Source: Hemiscyllium ocellatum (taxonomy: Eukaryota). Taken from it: a stretch of 64,000 nt of DNA. Below are positions 23,971 to 37,362 of the stretch, piece by piece (positions within the stretch are counted from its first letter, which is position 1; each line of letters begins with the position of its first letter). The translations under genes and the position numbers were made by a program. The notes under the pieces were generated by a model. It had not been told where the DNA came from and ran no database searches. It was given only the letters and a program-made list of their open reading frames with translations. The stretch covers positions 21,532,755 to 21,596,754 of the forward strand of contig NC_083447.1 of assembly GCF_020745735.1 (NCBI RefSeq). Direction: 5' to 3'.

Positions 23971-25019
23971 TACCACACCTCTCACTTTCAGATCCACAAT
24001 AATAATGGAATCGCACGTTGTCAATCGTCAACACACAAGGACATAAAAACTAAGGGCAGGGGATAGGTAATTCAGGCTCTCAAACCTGCTTCGATAGGAG
24101 TCAGTATCATCATGCTTGATCTTATCTCGGTCTTAACTCCACTTTCCTGCCCGCTGTTCATTTCCCTCTAAACCACCACGAATTAAAATATGTTTAGCTC
24201 TTCCTTAAATATACTCAGTGTCACGGCGTCCACCATGCTCTCCGATAGCGAATTCCACCGATTCAAGACCCTCTGAGATAAGTAATTTCTGATCTCAATT
24301 TTGAATCTATCATCCCTTAGCTTAAAACTATCTCTTGGATGTTTTGTCAACTAACATTTACACTGGGGTTCAGAAGGAGAAATTAAGTAAGAAATTATAA
24401 TAATTTTGGAGATCGTCCTCCTTTAGAGGAGGACAGAGGCCAATAACTTTAGGGAGGCAGTTACAAACCAGAGGCCCAGAATGAGAAAAGATGTCGAAGA
24501 ACTACATGCATTATTGAGACAATGCTGACACCTATCGCTCTGCTTTCGCTATTGCATGTAACTCGTTGATTGGCTAAAACCTGGTTAATTTGGAAAGTAA
24601 GAAGAAAGAAACCGTCTCCACTGCAGCCCCTTCATTTAGGTTTTCTGAAGTAAAGCTTGTTATGATCCTAGATGAACCCATCACATTTCCGTTACGAATT
24701 GATTCGGGGCTAGTAATCTTTTTGCTTACTATTTACAAAGTTTGATATCTCAGACATATAAGATTCAATTTGTGAACATATGTCAAAGCACATCCCATTG
24801 ATTTCTTAGCAATCCACCCAGACGTTACTGTCACTGCGTCCCCAAATCTCATGAAACGTTTTCCTCCTTCACAAGGAAGTGCAGTCTTTTTCTTTTCCAG
24901 AGCTAGCTTGCTCTCCAGTTTAAAACCCCTGCCGAATTTCAGATTACGATCCTCAGCCAAACGGCATATGAATCCAGAGTTCCCTCAGATCTATTCCCAC
25001 ACCTAATGTGATGAACCCA

Positions 25020-28000
25020 CCGCAATTCCGTTACGAATGTAGGTGGGACCTCTACAAGCAGATGGTATTCATCTAAACCAGAGGGGATACAATATCCTGG
25101 GTGGGAAATTCGCTAAAGCTAATAGGTGGATTTAAACTAATACAGCAGGGGGATGGGAACCAAAATTGTAGGACAAGTACAGAAGAGGATGAGAGTATGG
25201 AGTTCCCAAATCAAGAATCTGACACTGGCAAGCGAGAACCTGGTTTGAAGTGTGTGTACTTCAACGCGAGGAGCATCCGAAATAAAGTGGGTGAACTGGC
25301 AGCATCGGGTGGTACCTGGGACTTCGATGTTGTGACTATTACGGAGACATGGATAGAGCAGGGACAGGAATGGCTGTTGCAGGTTCCGGGATTCAGATGT
25401 TTCAGTAAGGACAGAGAAGATGGTAAAAGAGGGGGAGGTGTGGCATTGTTGATCAGGGACAATAGTTGTAGAAAGAATATGTGTAGACTCGTTAGCTGAG
25501 GTAGTATGGGCTGAGTTAGAAACAGGAAAGGAGAAGTCACCATGTTTTCTATAGGCCTCCGAATAGTCCCAGAGAAGTAGAGGAAACGATAGGAAAGATG
25601 ATTCTTGATAGGAGTGAGAGAGGCAGGGTAGTTGTCATGGGGGACTTCAACTATCCAAATATTGACTGGGATCACTACAGTACGAATACGATAGATGGGT
25701 CAGTTTTTGTCCAGTGTGTGCAGGAGGGCTTCCTGACACAGTATGTAGACAGGCCTACAAGAGGCGAAGCCTCTTTGGATTTAGTACTGGGTAACGAGCC
25801 TGGCCAGGTGTTAGATTTGGAAGTAGGTGAGCACTTTTGAGACAGCGATCATAATTCAGTCAGGTTTACTTCAGTGATGGAAAGGGATAGGTGTACTCCA
25901 CCGAGCAAGAGTTACAGCTGGGGGAAGGGAAATTACGATGCAATTAGGAAAGATTTAGGAAACATAGAATGGGGAAGGAAACTGCAGGGGTTGAGCACAT
26001 TAAAAATGTGGAGCTTATTCAAGGAAAGGCTCCTATGTGTTCCAGATAAGTAAGTACCTGTCAGGCAGGTGCAGGTAGGTACCTGTCACGTGTGAGCCAT
26101 GGTTTACGATGAAAGTGGAATCCCTGGTCAAGAAGAAGAAGAAAACTTATGTTAGAACAAAATGCGAAAACTGAGTTAGGGCGCTTGAGGGTTACAGGAA
26201 GTCAGGAAAGACCTAAAAAGAGAGCTCAGAAGAGCCAGGAGGAGACATGAGACGTTGTTGGTGAATAGGATCAGGGTTAACCCTAAGGCTTTCCATAGGT
26301 ATGTCAGGAATAAAAGAATGACGAGAGGTAAATTAGGGCCAATCAAGGATAATAGTGGGAAGCTGTGTGTGGTGTCAGAATAGGTAGGGGAAGCAGTAAA
26401 TAAATATTTTTTGACAGTGTTCACTTTACAAAATAAAAATGTTGGTGAGGAAGATGCAGAGATATTTGCCTCTAGACTAGAAGAGATTGAGGTTCACAAG
26501 GAAGAGGTATTAGAAATACTGCAGAGTGTGAAAATAGACAAGCCCCCTGGGCCGGATGGGATCTATCCTAGGATACTCTGGGAAGCAAGGGAAGAGATTA
26601 CCGAGCATTTGGCATTGATCTTCAAATCATCATTGTCTACAGGAATAGTGCCTGAGGACTGGAGGATAGCAAATGTGGTTCCCTTGTTCGAAAAGAGCAG
26701 TCGAGACAACCCTGGTAATTACAGACCAGTGAGTCTCACTTCAGTTGTTGGTAAAGTGTTGGAAAAGGTTGTAAGAGATAGAATTTATAACCATTTAGAA
26801 AAGAATAATCTGATCAGGGACAATCAACACGGTTTTGTGAAGGGTGGGTCGTGCCTAACAACTCTTATTGAGTTTTTTGACAAAGTTACCAAACAGTTAG
26901 ATGAGAGTAAACTGGTTGATGTGGTGTATATGGATTTCAGCAAGACGTTCGATAAGATTCACCACAGTAGGCTATTATATAAAATACAGAGGAATGTGAT
27001 TGTGAGAGACATGGCAGTTTGGATCAGTAATTGGCTTGCTGAAAGAAAGCAGAGGGTTGTAGCTGATGGAACATGCTCATCTTGGTGTCCAGTTACTAGC
27101 AGCGTACCGTAAGGTTCGGTGATGGGTCATCATTTTTATAAATTACCTGGATGAGGGCTTAGAAGGGTGGGTTAGTAAATTTGTGCACGACACTAAGGTC
27201 AGTGGAGTTGTGGATAGTGACGAGGATGTAGTAGGTTGCAGAGAGACATAGATAGGACGCAGAGCTGGACTGAGAGGTGGCAAATGGAGTTTAATGTGGA
27301 CAAGTGTGAGCTGATCCACTTTGGCCGGAGTAATCGGAATGCAAAGTACTGGGCTAATGGTAGGATTCTTAGGAGTGCAGATGAGCAGAGAGATCTCAGT
27401 GTCCATGTACACAAATCCCTGAAAGTTGCCACCCAGATTGACAGGGTTGTTAAGAAGGCATACAGTTATTTGGCCTTTATTAACAGGGGGATTGAGTACT
27501 GGAACCAGGAGGTTATGCTCCAGCTGTACAAAGCTCTGGTATGGCCGCACTTGGAGTATTGTGTACAGTTCTGGTCACCGCATTATAAAAAGGACGTGAA
27601 AGCAGAGGAGATTTTGTTAGGATGTTGCCTGGTACGGAAGGACTGTCTTAACGAGGAAAGGCTGAGGGCCTTGAGGCTGTTCTCGTTCGAGAGAAGAAGG
27701 TTGAGAGGTGACTTAATAGAGACATACAAGATCATCAGAGGGTTAGATAGGGTGGACAGGGAGAGCCTTTTTCCAAGTATGGGGACGGCAATCATGGGGG
27801 GACACAACTTTAAAGTGAGGGGAGATAGGTATAAGACAGATGTCAGAGGCAGTTTCTTTACTCAGAGAGTAGTAAAGGTAGGGAATGCTTTGCCTAGTAG
27901 ATTCACCAAGTTTAAGTTCATTTAAGTCGTCATTGGACAGGAATATGGACGTACATGGAATAGTGTAGGTGGGATGGGCTTCAGATTAGTATGACAGGGC

Positions 28001-28062
28001 GGAGCAACATCGAGGGCCGAAGGGCCTGTACTGCGCTGTAATGTTCTATGTTCTATGTTCTA
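25020..28062 (+). mobile_element. CR1 LINE, near-complete disrupted ORF2 (APE endonuclease + RT)
   Basis: YFNARSIRNK, ITETW, MGDFNYPNIDW, PGPDGIYP, YMDFSKTFD, WPHLEYCVQFWSP; (GTTCTAT)n tail; multiple stops and frameshifts. Confidence 0.95.
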
Positions 28063-29699
28063 ACCCTTTGTTCTTCCTTTCCAGCGTATTTGTTCTACTT
28101 CTTAGGTCACTGCTAATGGTCAGGCGATACACCAGCTTCTTAACACAGGTTCAATTGCTGCTCCACGACCAGGCTGTATCTCGTTGAGACTCAAGTACTG
28201 AACTCTAGCATCCATTCAGTGGCACAATTCCAAATCTCCAGCTGCTCCAAGCGAAACCTATTTCCAGTTTCAGGGAACCAGCAAACAGTAGTCGATTAGC
28301 AACCTGACTTCAATTTCTATCGCCCCTGATTTTCGTTCAGCCCCATTTTGTTTATAGCTGCGCCAAGCATCAGGTTACATTCCTTTGACCTACTCCCAGC
28401 TGCACTGGACAATAAAGGCTTCCAGATCTTCACTTTATTTAAAATTCTTACAGATAATAGCAAAATGTTCAGCTTTTTGCTTCTACTCTGCCATTTCCAT
28501 GACGAAACAATTCTTGGCTGACTTTCTGAATTGAGTGACAATCTGTGCTGTTGTTGCTGGGCAAAAATCAGTTATAACTGGCATCGTAATATCTGTGCAT
28601 TAAATATTACAGTGCTAGCTCACATGTCAGAACTTCATGCCAGATTGATTCTGTCACACATATGATGTGCAAACGTTGCTCAGGAAGCAGATAACCTTAA
28701 TTCGACACTGGAAGAGATTTTTGTGTATTACATAGATGTATGTGCTGCAATTGGTAACCCCCTGACATCTGAGCCATATGCTTCAAGATGAGGGTCGACT
28801 CCTGAGAGTTGGATACGAGTTGAATGTTGGCAACCCCAACACTAGAGCAGAGAGGGCGCTGCGTTTTTGGAACGTCTGCTTGTGGAACACCACACTGTTG
28901 GTGGATTAGGAATGCGGATGTACTGAATGGTTGGAGGAACCAATGAAGCGTTAGTACTTACTGAGCAAGCAATTTCAGAAAGTTAGGACTAAGGACGGCC
29001 AGGCAGCAAAGACAGACTGCCACACTATCACAGGTTCAATGCTGACAGAGAGCTACAGTACCAGGTGTTCAGTGATGAGTAAGAGCACCGGGCTGTGGTA
29101 GACTGTCTGAAGAACTGTAGTGACCAACCTATGAATTGTGAATTAGTAAATTTGAAGTGCCCCATTGTAGATAAATACAGATAGAGTGCTCTATATCAGA
29201 GGGACAGCGTTCAACTGTCAATATCAGCGCTGTGGGAACTCAATTGAAAGAGACTGATTCATGAGGGAGTGGTTCGCTCGCAGGAGAATCCTGCACAATT
29301 GTAATGCCTGAGAGAGCCCTTACTGATGGCTGGTTAGTGCCGAGGAGGTGAAGCATTGTCAAAGGACTGCATAATTATATTACCAAAAGATCAGTGCTAC
29401 ATGCATCATCAAAGCGGCTTAATTCAAGAAAATATATCAAATTGAAAGCCCATCTGACGTCTTCAATGTAGAAAGTATCATTTAAGTGAAGAGCAGGACG
29501 AGCTCTGCTTGCGATTGCAAGACCATCATTTTCCCCTCAGCTAACAAAATTAAAAATAGATTTCCTGACTATTGTTCAATATTTTGCTTGTGAGAACATC
29601 TATGCACAATCGGGTGACTGAAAGGCATGGCATTCTAACCAAAACTCCAAGAATAAACACATCGACTTACATCCCATCTATCCTGCCTTGAGAGAAAGA

Positions 29700-29860
29700 A
29701 CCGGAAATGACATCACCCACTTAATAAATAGAGAGGCGAGACATACCACTAGCGATTCACCGAAGACTCTCACTGATGATGTTCCCTAATTATGGTGAGG
29801 AAACGTCTGAAAACAAACCTTCCAGCTCAGCGAGCTGACTTTTATACTTATCATCAGCCT
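29700..29860 (+). mobile_element. Penelope-like 3' end relic
   Basis: CTGATGA..GAAACGTC followed by CCTTCCAGCTCAGCGAGC, like the end of the 20030 element. Confidence 0.6.
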
Positions 29861-32521
29861 GAGCTACAAATCTTCTCAAAACTCGCTGACACTGATGAAA
29901 ACTCCCAAAGTGTTGAGGATGTTTTAATGGAATTATCTTTTACTTAATTTAAAAAGATTTAAACAACAATTTCCGAGGTTAACATGATAAAACAACTCGA
30001 GATCATTCACAAATCTGGAGCCATTGTAGATATTTTGTCAAAGGCAAGTGTAAGTCCTTTGTCGCTGCTCAATTCTTCAACAAAAAAAAGTTCAGAAAGC
30101 TTATTTCATGCAATGATAAACACAGGTACGAACACACACATTATAAGCAGGACGATGCCACTCATTGAGTCTGCTCAGGTATTCAGTACGATCATGACTG
30201 ATATGATAAACAGAACAACTGGAATTTTAAACTGTCTATTGTTGGTATATGTACAAAAATCATCTGGTTCACTAATAAGGGAAGAAAAGTTGCCATCCTT
30301 ACTTGGTCTGGCCCCTACGTGATTCTAAACCCGGAGCAATGTCCTCTGCATTGGCTTAGTCAACCAACAAGCCCAGGGCCTGCCGACGATGCCCTCCTCT
30401 CATGCGAGAATAATAAGACAAAACGCCGATAATCTAACCCCGCCCTTCATTACTGTACATAAGCAATAATCAGTTCCATTATAGGACTAAAACATTTTGG
30501 GAGCGCGCTTTATGTATTATAAGATGTTTTGGAACATGTTGATGCTTGATGTCAATTTTATCCTCCGCCTACGCACTTCCTGTAACTTTGCCAGCATTTC
30601 GTTCTTCTCCTTTCATATGTATGTCCAATCAGAACCCTTGCCTTAGACGAAGCCTTTTCTCATCACTTCCCGGTTGGATTTATCCATCATTATTTTATAT
30701 CAATGTTTATTTTGCACTCTAACCATTTTCTTTACGCCGACCCTAACAAACCAATTGACCACAAACAAAACTCTCTGCCACCACCAGTTTCTCTCATCCA
30801 GGGAACAGTGCATCAATCTGATTGATTCGTGAAAAGTACAACCATTCAGTTTCTGTCTTTGAAAATCACGTTTGCACCTCCTTCAATGACATCACGTTTC
30901 TTTCTGTGAAATGGATACCAGACCTATACACGATTCACATATGGTCGAGTCAAGTTCCTTTATAGGCTTAAAAGAACTTCCCAATGAAATAGTGGCTTAA
31001 TATTTTGTTCGCAAGGGGAGAAACTACAATATCAATGGTATTGTATTCAATAATTCGTTAACATTAATTAGAGTATTAATTCCATAGCCACTCACATTCA
31101 GTATCGAATATGCAATCAGGAAAAGAATCTGGTAAAAGCAAGTTAGCGAATTGAGGAACAATGGACGGAAAGCTAAAGGAAGTGCCATGCCTATTTAGAT
31201 TATATTGCAATTACAAGTAAATAGACATTATCGGCACCGACTCTCATGGTAATTTCAACATTCAAGTATCCCATTAAAGAATTGAACCACATTAATAATA
31301 GGAAATATGTAATAGAAATATGACTGCACCTGCATCATTCCACCTTGCAGTTTTGAGATATCAATTCGATCGAGTTTATGATTTTCATTGAATGTTCTGA
31401 GCGTGATTATAGGCACCGGTTCTGGAAGTTGGTAGATGGCACAAGGGGTTTCCCCAACTTAGTGCAAAGGTTATCAATTCTTCTTAATAACGTTTCAATC
31501 GTTATGAAGGATTGTGCACTTACTTCCATACAGCCGTCACCTCTCTACCGCCAGTATTTGACATCCATGTCCAATTCCTCAATTCCACAACCTGAAGTTT
31601 TGTGCTGCATTCGGTCAAAGATGAAACACCTTAAGACACACGACAAACGGTGGAGTTCTCCATGGCTGCTGTTAGTGGCAGGTGCATGGTGAGCTGGATT
31701 AGTTTGAAGTAAGATCAACTGAAATGATAACAGCGTCGCACGCTTTACGGGAGGCAGTGGCCTGGTAGTATTATCACCACTCGAATTGAACTAATGTTCT
31801 GGTGGCCAACGTTCGAGTCCCGCTACGTCAGATGGTGGGATCTGCTTCCAATTTCTTCTTAAAAGTCTGGAATTAAGAATCTACATATAACCTTCAAATC
31901 ATTGCCAATTGATGGTTGAAATCCCATGTGACTCATTCCTGTCCTTCAGCGAAGGAAGAAAAATTAGCTTTTCAAGTGATAAGATTACCAGCTTACAATG
32001 CACTTGATTTACTGTAGATATCAACGGTCTTCCGGTTGAGAAAATGTGTTAGGTTTCCAGCGTCCTGTACATTTCAGAAAGGATGCAACAAGTAATAGTT
32101 CCTCTCTCTTTCTCTCTCTTACATGGTTAAAAGGGCCTTCCCACTCGTGTGTCACAGATGGAAAGAGGTTGAATAACCTCCTCCAGTGTCTGTGCAACTG
32201 AAGATAAAGTAATTGAATGGTCTCTTATTTTCAGCTTGAACATGCTGAATAGCCTGTTCTTGTTCCGATGTAAATAGCTATATTGGTTGGAGGAATTCCT
32301 TAAATGCCTATTTTACAAGTTAAAGTGCAGTTGATTGGTTTCCTCTTCCATTTTTTAACGACCTTTGATGTTGTATGTCCTCCTCAAGCTGCTGTGCTCT
32401 ATGGTTGACGAGTCCACCCCATTTTCTTATGCACCAAGTTTCAGAAGAGGTCGTGGAGTTCAACTACGATCTAGTCAATCCCAAATGACATTGCAAACTA
32501 AAGCTGGGCAGAGGGACTTAA

Positions 32522-32531
32522 GAGGCGGGGT
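32522..32531 (+). promoter_or_regulatory. GC box next to the D segment (candidate germline D-beta promoter)
   Basis: GAGGCGGGGT ~50 nt 5' of D; the mammalian D-beta1 promoter uses Sp1/GATA sites. Function is inferred. Confidence 0.35.
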
Positions 32532-32553
32532 CTTATGTCGTTCATCTTCGACA

Positions 32554-32581
32554 TTTTTTTGTATGAGAGTATTTCACCGTG
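32554..32581 (-). other. 5' 12-spacer RSS of D-beta
   Basis: Top strand TTTTTTTGT + 12 nt + CACCGTG. Confidence 0.93.
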
Positions 32582-32593
32582 GGGACAGCAGGG
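32582..32593 (+). CDS. TRBD: TCR-beta D segment GGGACAGCAGGG
   Basis: 12 nt between 12- and 23-RSS; GGGACAG core as in TRBD1; open in all frames (GTAG, GQQ, DSR). Confidence 0.95.
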
Positions 32594-32632
32594 CACTGTG
32601 ATTAATTCCAATGCAACCTCTGTACAAAAACC
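32594..32632 (+). other. 3' 23-spacer RSS of D-beta
   Basis: CACTGTG + 23 nt + consensus ACAAAAACC. Confidence 0.95.
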
Positions 32633-33029
32633 TCCTTCGAAACAAGCTCAACAGAAGACATCAAGGTGAATGCACCACCATCACGTTTCAATTAAAGCGG
32701 TTCAGCGAAAGACCATGAAAGGACAATTGTAACTGCAAGGCACTTCTAACGAAACAAAATGCCTCATCTTTGTGCCATTTTTCTGAACATTGATCACTCT
32801 CCATCCCAACTTCCTTTGATAAGCTTGATAAAGAATCATTCAGCCATTTCTCACATTGCCATTCCGTGCAACTTCCTTGACGGAATTCAAATGCTTCTCC
32901 TCCGTTTTTAAAGTATTTTGTGCTCCACCACCCTTTGTGTGTTCTCATGACTTGACCAGTAACTCTTAATTGCGACAACAGTCCAATTTTAGGTGACTGT
33001 TCCGTGGTGTTGGCATCTGAGAACATGTG

Positions 33030-33075
33030 GAGTCAATAACATACTTCGGGATGGGCACTAAATTAATGGTAAGAG
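33030..33075 (+). pseudogene. TRBJ: Defective J (ESITYFGMGTKLMVR), no in-phase donor
   Basis: FGXGT motif; heptamer ACATGTG retains GTG, nonamer poor. The only GTAAG donor is phase 0. Confidence 0.7.
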
Positions 33076-33678
33076 AATGAATGTTATTCACCTCAGAAAT
33101 TATCTAGCAATAAAAGTTCACAGTCCTCTGAGATCTGAGCTACTTAAAACGCCAGAGACTATTCTGATATGTGTCAATAACCTCGAGAAATGCGCCCAGT
33201 GCAGTACAGTGACAGCATTTATTTATCACTTCCGAGCAATATTCAATTCTGGAGAAGGCATTGACTCCCTCTTCTGATTCACAAAGGAAGGATGCCTGGT
33301 TCATTCTCGGGCAAGCTGGAGGTGGCTCATGTAATCTGTCCAATACAAGAATACAACAACGCAATGTTAACGTAGGTGTAACGTGCCATGCAATTAAATT
33401 ATAATTCTACCCACACATTCAGAATCTGTTCAGAATAAACTGGTTGACAGGGACCAACATTTAATCACGCAGGTACAGATGGAACCAATCGATTAGAACA
33501 ACGTCTTAGAGGCAATTACAGCATCCAAGATGCACATAGAGGATGCATAACCTGGAAGCATACAGAGTCAAATGAGATTCATAGGTTTGATATCAGTATA
33601 CTTCATTTAGAATGGCATCACGCAGACTAAAAAGTGACGCTGTTTTGAGGCTGTCTGTGACGGGGTAGTGTCACTGTG

Positions 33679-33726
33679 CTTCAGAAGTAAATTATTTCGG
33701 GCCAGGCACTAAATTAACAGTTCTGG
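33679..33726 (+). CDS. TRBJ: J segment SEVNYFGPGTKLTVL
   Basis: Heptamer CACTGTG at 33672-33678, weak nonamer, FGXG motif, G|GTAAGT donor. Confidence 0.92.
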
Positions 33727-33914
33727 GTAAGTCATCTATCTTATTTTTCCCAGTGTGTCCGTTAATACTTTATTGATGACTAATGAGCCGAGCCTTTCAT
33801 ATTCTCTCCAGTTCAATACATATTTCTTAAATTTTTGCCTGTGAAATGCCGATCTCTTTCATTTCGTAAGAAACAATTCCCGAGACCGTTCATGATTTAG
33901 AATTGAACATTGTT

Positions 33915-33954
33915 CAATTAAACTTTGGTCCTGGGACCAAGTAAACAGTGTTAA
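33915..33954 (+). pseudogene. TRBJ: J pseudogene QLNFGPGTK*TVL
   Basis: In-frame TAA; heptamer CATTGTT has lost the terminal G; A|GTTAGT donor. Confidence 0.8.
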
Positions 33955-34014
33955 GTTAGTCTACGGTTCTAGTATTGATCAGAATCCATGTCAATCTGCA
34001 ATTGAACATGATGT

Positions 34015-34034
34015 GGGGGGGGGGGGGGGGGGGA
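34015..34034 (+). repeat. Poly-G run (20 nt)
   Basis: Read directly from the sequence. Confidence 0.95.
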
Positions 34035-34903
34035 GATGTGATAAGTTCAAGATTAAAACAAAACATTGATGAGACCTACAACCTGATTCACTCTTTCACT
34101 ATTTTCTCCTTATTCCAAGTTGCCTTTGTACCTGGATGACTTGTTAGCCCTGTACGGGCAGTTAAGAGTCAATTATGTTGCTGTGGGCCGGGAGGGCAGA
34201 CTAGTTGTCCTTTCCTAAAAGGATATTAGTTTACCAGATGATGCTTTACAACAGTGGATTCAGATCATCTCTCGATTTCCAATTGCCGATTTTACCGAAT
34301 TCAATTTCTGCCATCACCACCTTGGCTCCAAGGACAGTACGTGGGTTTCTGCAAAACTAGTCCAGAGAAAACGCTGCATATAATCCCTTCCTAGAAGATA
34401 GCATACATATTGTAACATATTGTGGGTAACATGACCAGAAATGTTGCATTCTTTAAGTATATATCACATTACGGGGTGATGTAGTCAATGCGTTAAGATG
34501 ATTAAAGAAATCGAAAACCTACATTTTTAATACCTTTGGTCAGTGAGATGGAGAAGCAAGGAGCGGTTTGCAGCATCTTAAATCAACAACAGTGTATTTT
34601 GTTGAGGCATGTGAAATGTAGAAATATGTTGTTCCAACAAATCTCCCGAGATTTGCTGTCCACTTGATATCTCAACTATGAAATCGGTAAATGCTTGTTC
34701 GGCAAAGGTATTGCGTGTTAATAATCATGGCGGGGTAGTGAAGTCAAAATACCAAAAAAACACACGATATAATTAAATGGTGGAACAGAATCTAAAGAGG
34801 GAATCATCACTCATATGTTCGTAAGGTCAATTCAGGAACTTCAACAGAACTGACTTAGCAACACAGACTCAATGGGGTTTTGCTACAGCTTGGTACCGCT
34901 GTG

Positions 34904-34953
34904 CTTTAACAGCGAAGCTTACTTTGGAGATGGGACGAAGTTGGTCGTTTTCG
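34904..34953 (+). CDS. TRBJ: J segment FNSEAYFGDGTKLVVF
   Basis: GGTTTTGCT + 12 + CGCTGTG; FGXG; G|GTAAGT. Confidence 0.95.
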
Positions 34954-37307
34954 GTAAGTGATTACATTCTCAGCGCTACAGAAAGTTGTTTCAATTCATG
35001 TCTTAATGCAGAGTTTGGTTGAGGGGGTTGAAATGCAGGAAGTTGGTAAATAATTACGGCTTTTATAGTGGAAGACTTGACAAGTCACTGGACTGGTGGA
35101 AAAGAGCTTGAGAGAAAGCATAACTGAAGGTCCTTGGAAGAAAACTGAACATCCTCAAAATAAACAGAAATAGAAATAACATTATTGCAAACAGAATTGT
35201 TGAAGTTGGCCTCTGAGAGTAGAACAAGAGCGCAAAGCAATACTGTACAATGAAAAAGTATCAGATTCAATTGGTCTTTATGTAGTTCCAGGAATATAAT
35301 ATTAAAGTCATAGAGTCAAACAGCATGGAAACATACCCTTCCGTCCAAGTGGCCCATGCCTTTCAGATTTCCTAAACTGAACTAGTTCTATTTGCCTACA
35401 TTTAGCTCATATCCCTCTAAACATTTCCTAACCATGTACCTGTCTGAACGTCTTTTACATGTTCAAATTGTATTCATCTGTAACACTGTAGCGACATTGG
35501 CTGAATTTATAAACATAATAAAGATTAACTATGACCGCATCTGAACTGGGAGGTGTTGGCCGAGCGGACTGTTAATCCAGAAACCCAGGTAATGTTCTGG
35601 GGACTTGACTTCGAATCCCACTATGGCAGATGGCAGAATACCGAAATTAATCAAACTCTAGTATTAGAAGTTTCATGATGACCATGAATTAATTGTCAGG
35701 CAAAGTCCAGTTGGATCATTAGTGTCCTTTACAGAAGGAAACTGCCATCCATACCAAGTTTGGCTTACATGTGACACCAAGCACTTGCACTCGGGGCAAT
35801 TAGTGATGGACAATAAATACTGATCTAGCTGGTGACACCCTACGTCCGAGATGCATTAAAAAAAACTCAACAGTGTGAGCTCACTTTGCGGAAAGTAGTA
35901 GGGTGAGACGTGACCTGACTGAACTTTTTTCAGATGATGAAAGGAGTTTATTTGAATCATAGAATCCCTACAGTGTGGAAATAGGCAATTTGGCCCAACA
36001 AATCTACACCGACCCTCCGAACATTCACTCACTAGGACCTATTCAAAACAGCTTAAATAGAAAAGTACTTTGATTGCAATTGAGACCATGTTCAGAGGCT
36101 ATAAATATAAAATAATTGGTAATAAAACCAATCGGGGAATTCAGGAGAAAGTTCACCAAAGACTTGGAATAAATGTTAAGAATTGTTATCATATCAAATG
36201 ATTGAAAGTAATTACAGTTGATGCATTTAAGATGCAACACACTTGCGGGAAAAAGGCATAGAGAGATATTGTGATGAAATAGGATAGGGAGAGTTGCGGG
36301 AGACATTGGCATGAACCTGGACGATAGAGTGGTCTGTTTCTGTTATGGAGATTTTTATTATTCTATGCATTTCCTATTGATCTAACAGTTTTTAATAGAT
36401 TAGTAGATAACAGAAAATAATGTTTTCAGATTATAATCCTATTGAGAGACGTGAAATATCAACTAAAATTCTAGGATAGATTTGCAGTGACCTGTCAACA
36501 TTTACTAACATTTACTAGCTTGACATCAGAGCTAAAATTGAGAAAGGTTTGTATACAGTTCTTAGTGACTGATATCAGAGGTGACTGACTGGTTTGACTG
36601 ATGTGTGTAAGATAATATAAAAGTTAATCCATCAGCTATTTAGACGGTTGGCATAGTTCATAGTAAAGCATGGAATGATATTTGCATAGTGAAGAGTAAC
36701 TTTAACATTAAAGTCCGACTGTCCAATACTGATGTCAGGAAATTCATGACTTTTGAAGGGTGTTAAAATTTGGGTGCCTTCCCTCAAGGAAACTACTGAA
36801 GCTGGGGAGTCAATTGTAACTTCTTCAGCTGAGATTGGTAGATTTTGTTTTTTGCCAGCAAGAATATTAAAAGATATCGAAGTAAGCGAATGATATAACT
36901 AGTTGAAGGTCAAAACAACTCCAAGGGCTGTGGAGTCTATCTTCCAGTTCCTATGTTGCTTTGTTTGTTGGGCTAAAGTTTCCATATTTCCACCTGTATC
37001 CTTATTCTGAAGAGATTGTGTTAGAGAGAGGTGAAATGTTTTAATAGACACATCTAGCTTTCTATTTTGTTGACATTTGCTACCTTGGACGTGAGATTAA
37101 GTTGATTGTTTTCAATAAGTTTGTGAGTGCGCAAATGTCTAAATATCCATTAGTCCTTTTATCCTCTATCTATCTGTACTGGCCTGGCCTGCAAATGTCA
37201 CCTTTTGCTTCCTTTTTATGCATGCCTTGAAATCTGTATAATCATTTGCATTTCTGTGCATCTGTCTACTTATGTTGCAATTTGATGCCAAGATTTAGTG
37301 CAGTGTG

Positions 37308-37362
37308 GTTGGGAATGCTCAGCCTGTGCATTTCGGAAAAGGGGCATTCTTAACAGTTTTGG
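37308..37362 (+). CDS. TRBJ: J segment VGNAQPVHFGKGAFLTVL
   Basis: CAGTGTG heptamer at 37301-37307, weak nonamer, FGXG, G|GTGAGT. Confidence 0.9.

Noticed and set aside
33425-33480. ..GGGACCAAC..CAG|GTACAG, possible ancient J relic
   Set aside because: Needs several indels to restore and has no RSS.
34690-34725. LFGKG motif as a J
   Set aside because: No RSS or donor, followed by stops, and the context resembles a decayed CR1 3' region.
36546-36612. GGTTTGTAT + 12 + GACTGAT followed by SEVTDWFD*
   Set aside because: Heptamer lacks GTG and there is no FGXG; cannot be separated from chance.
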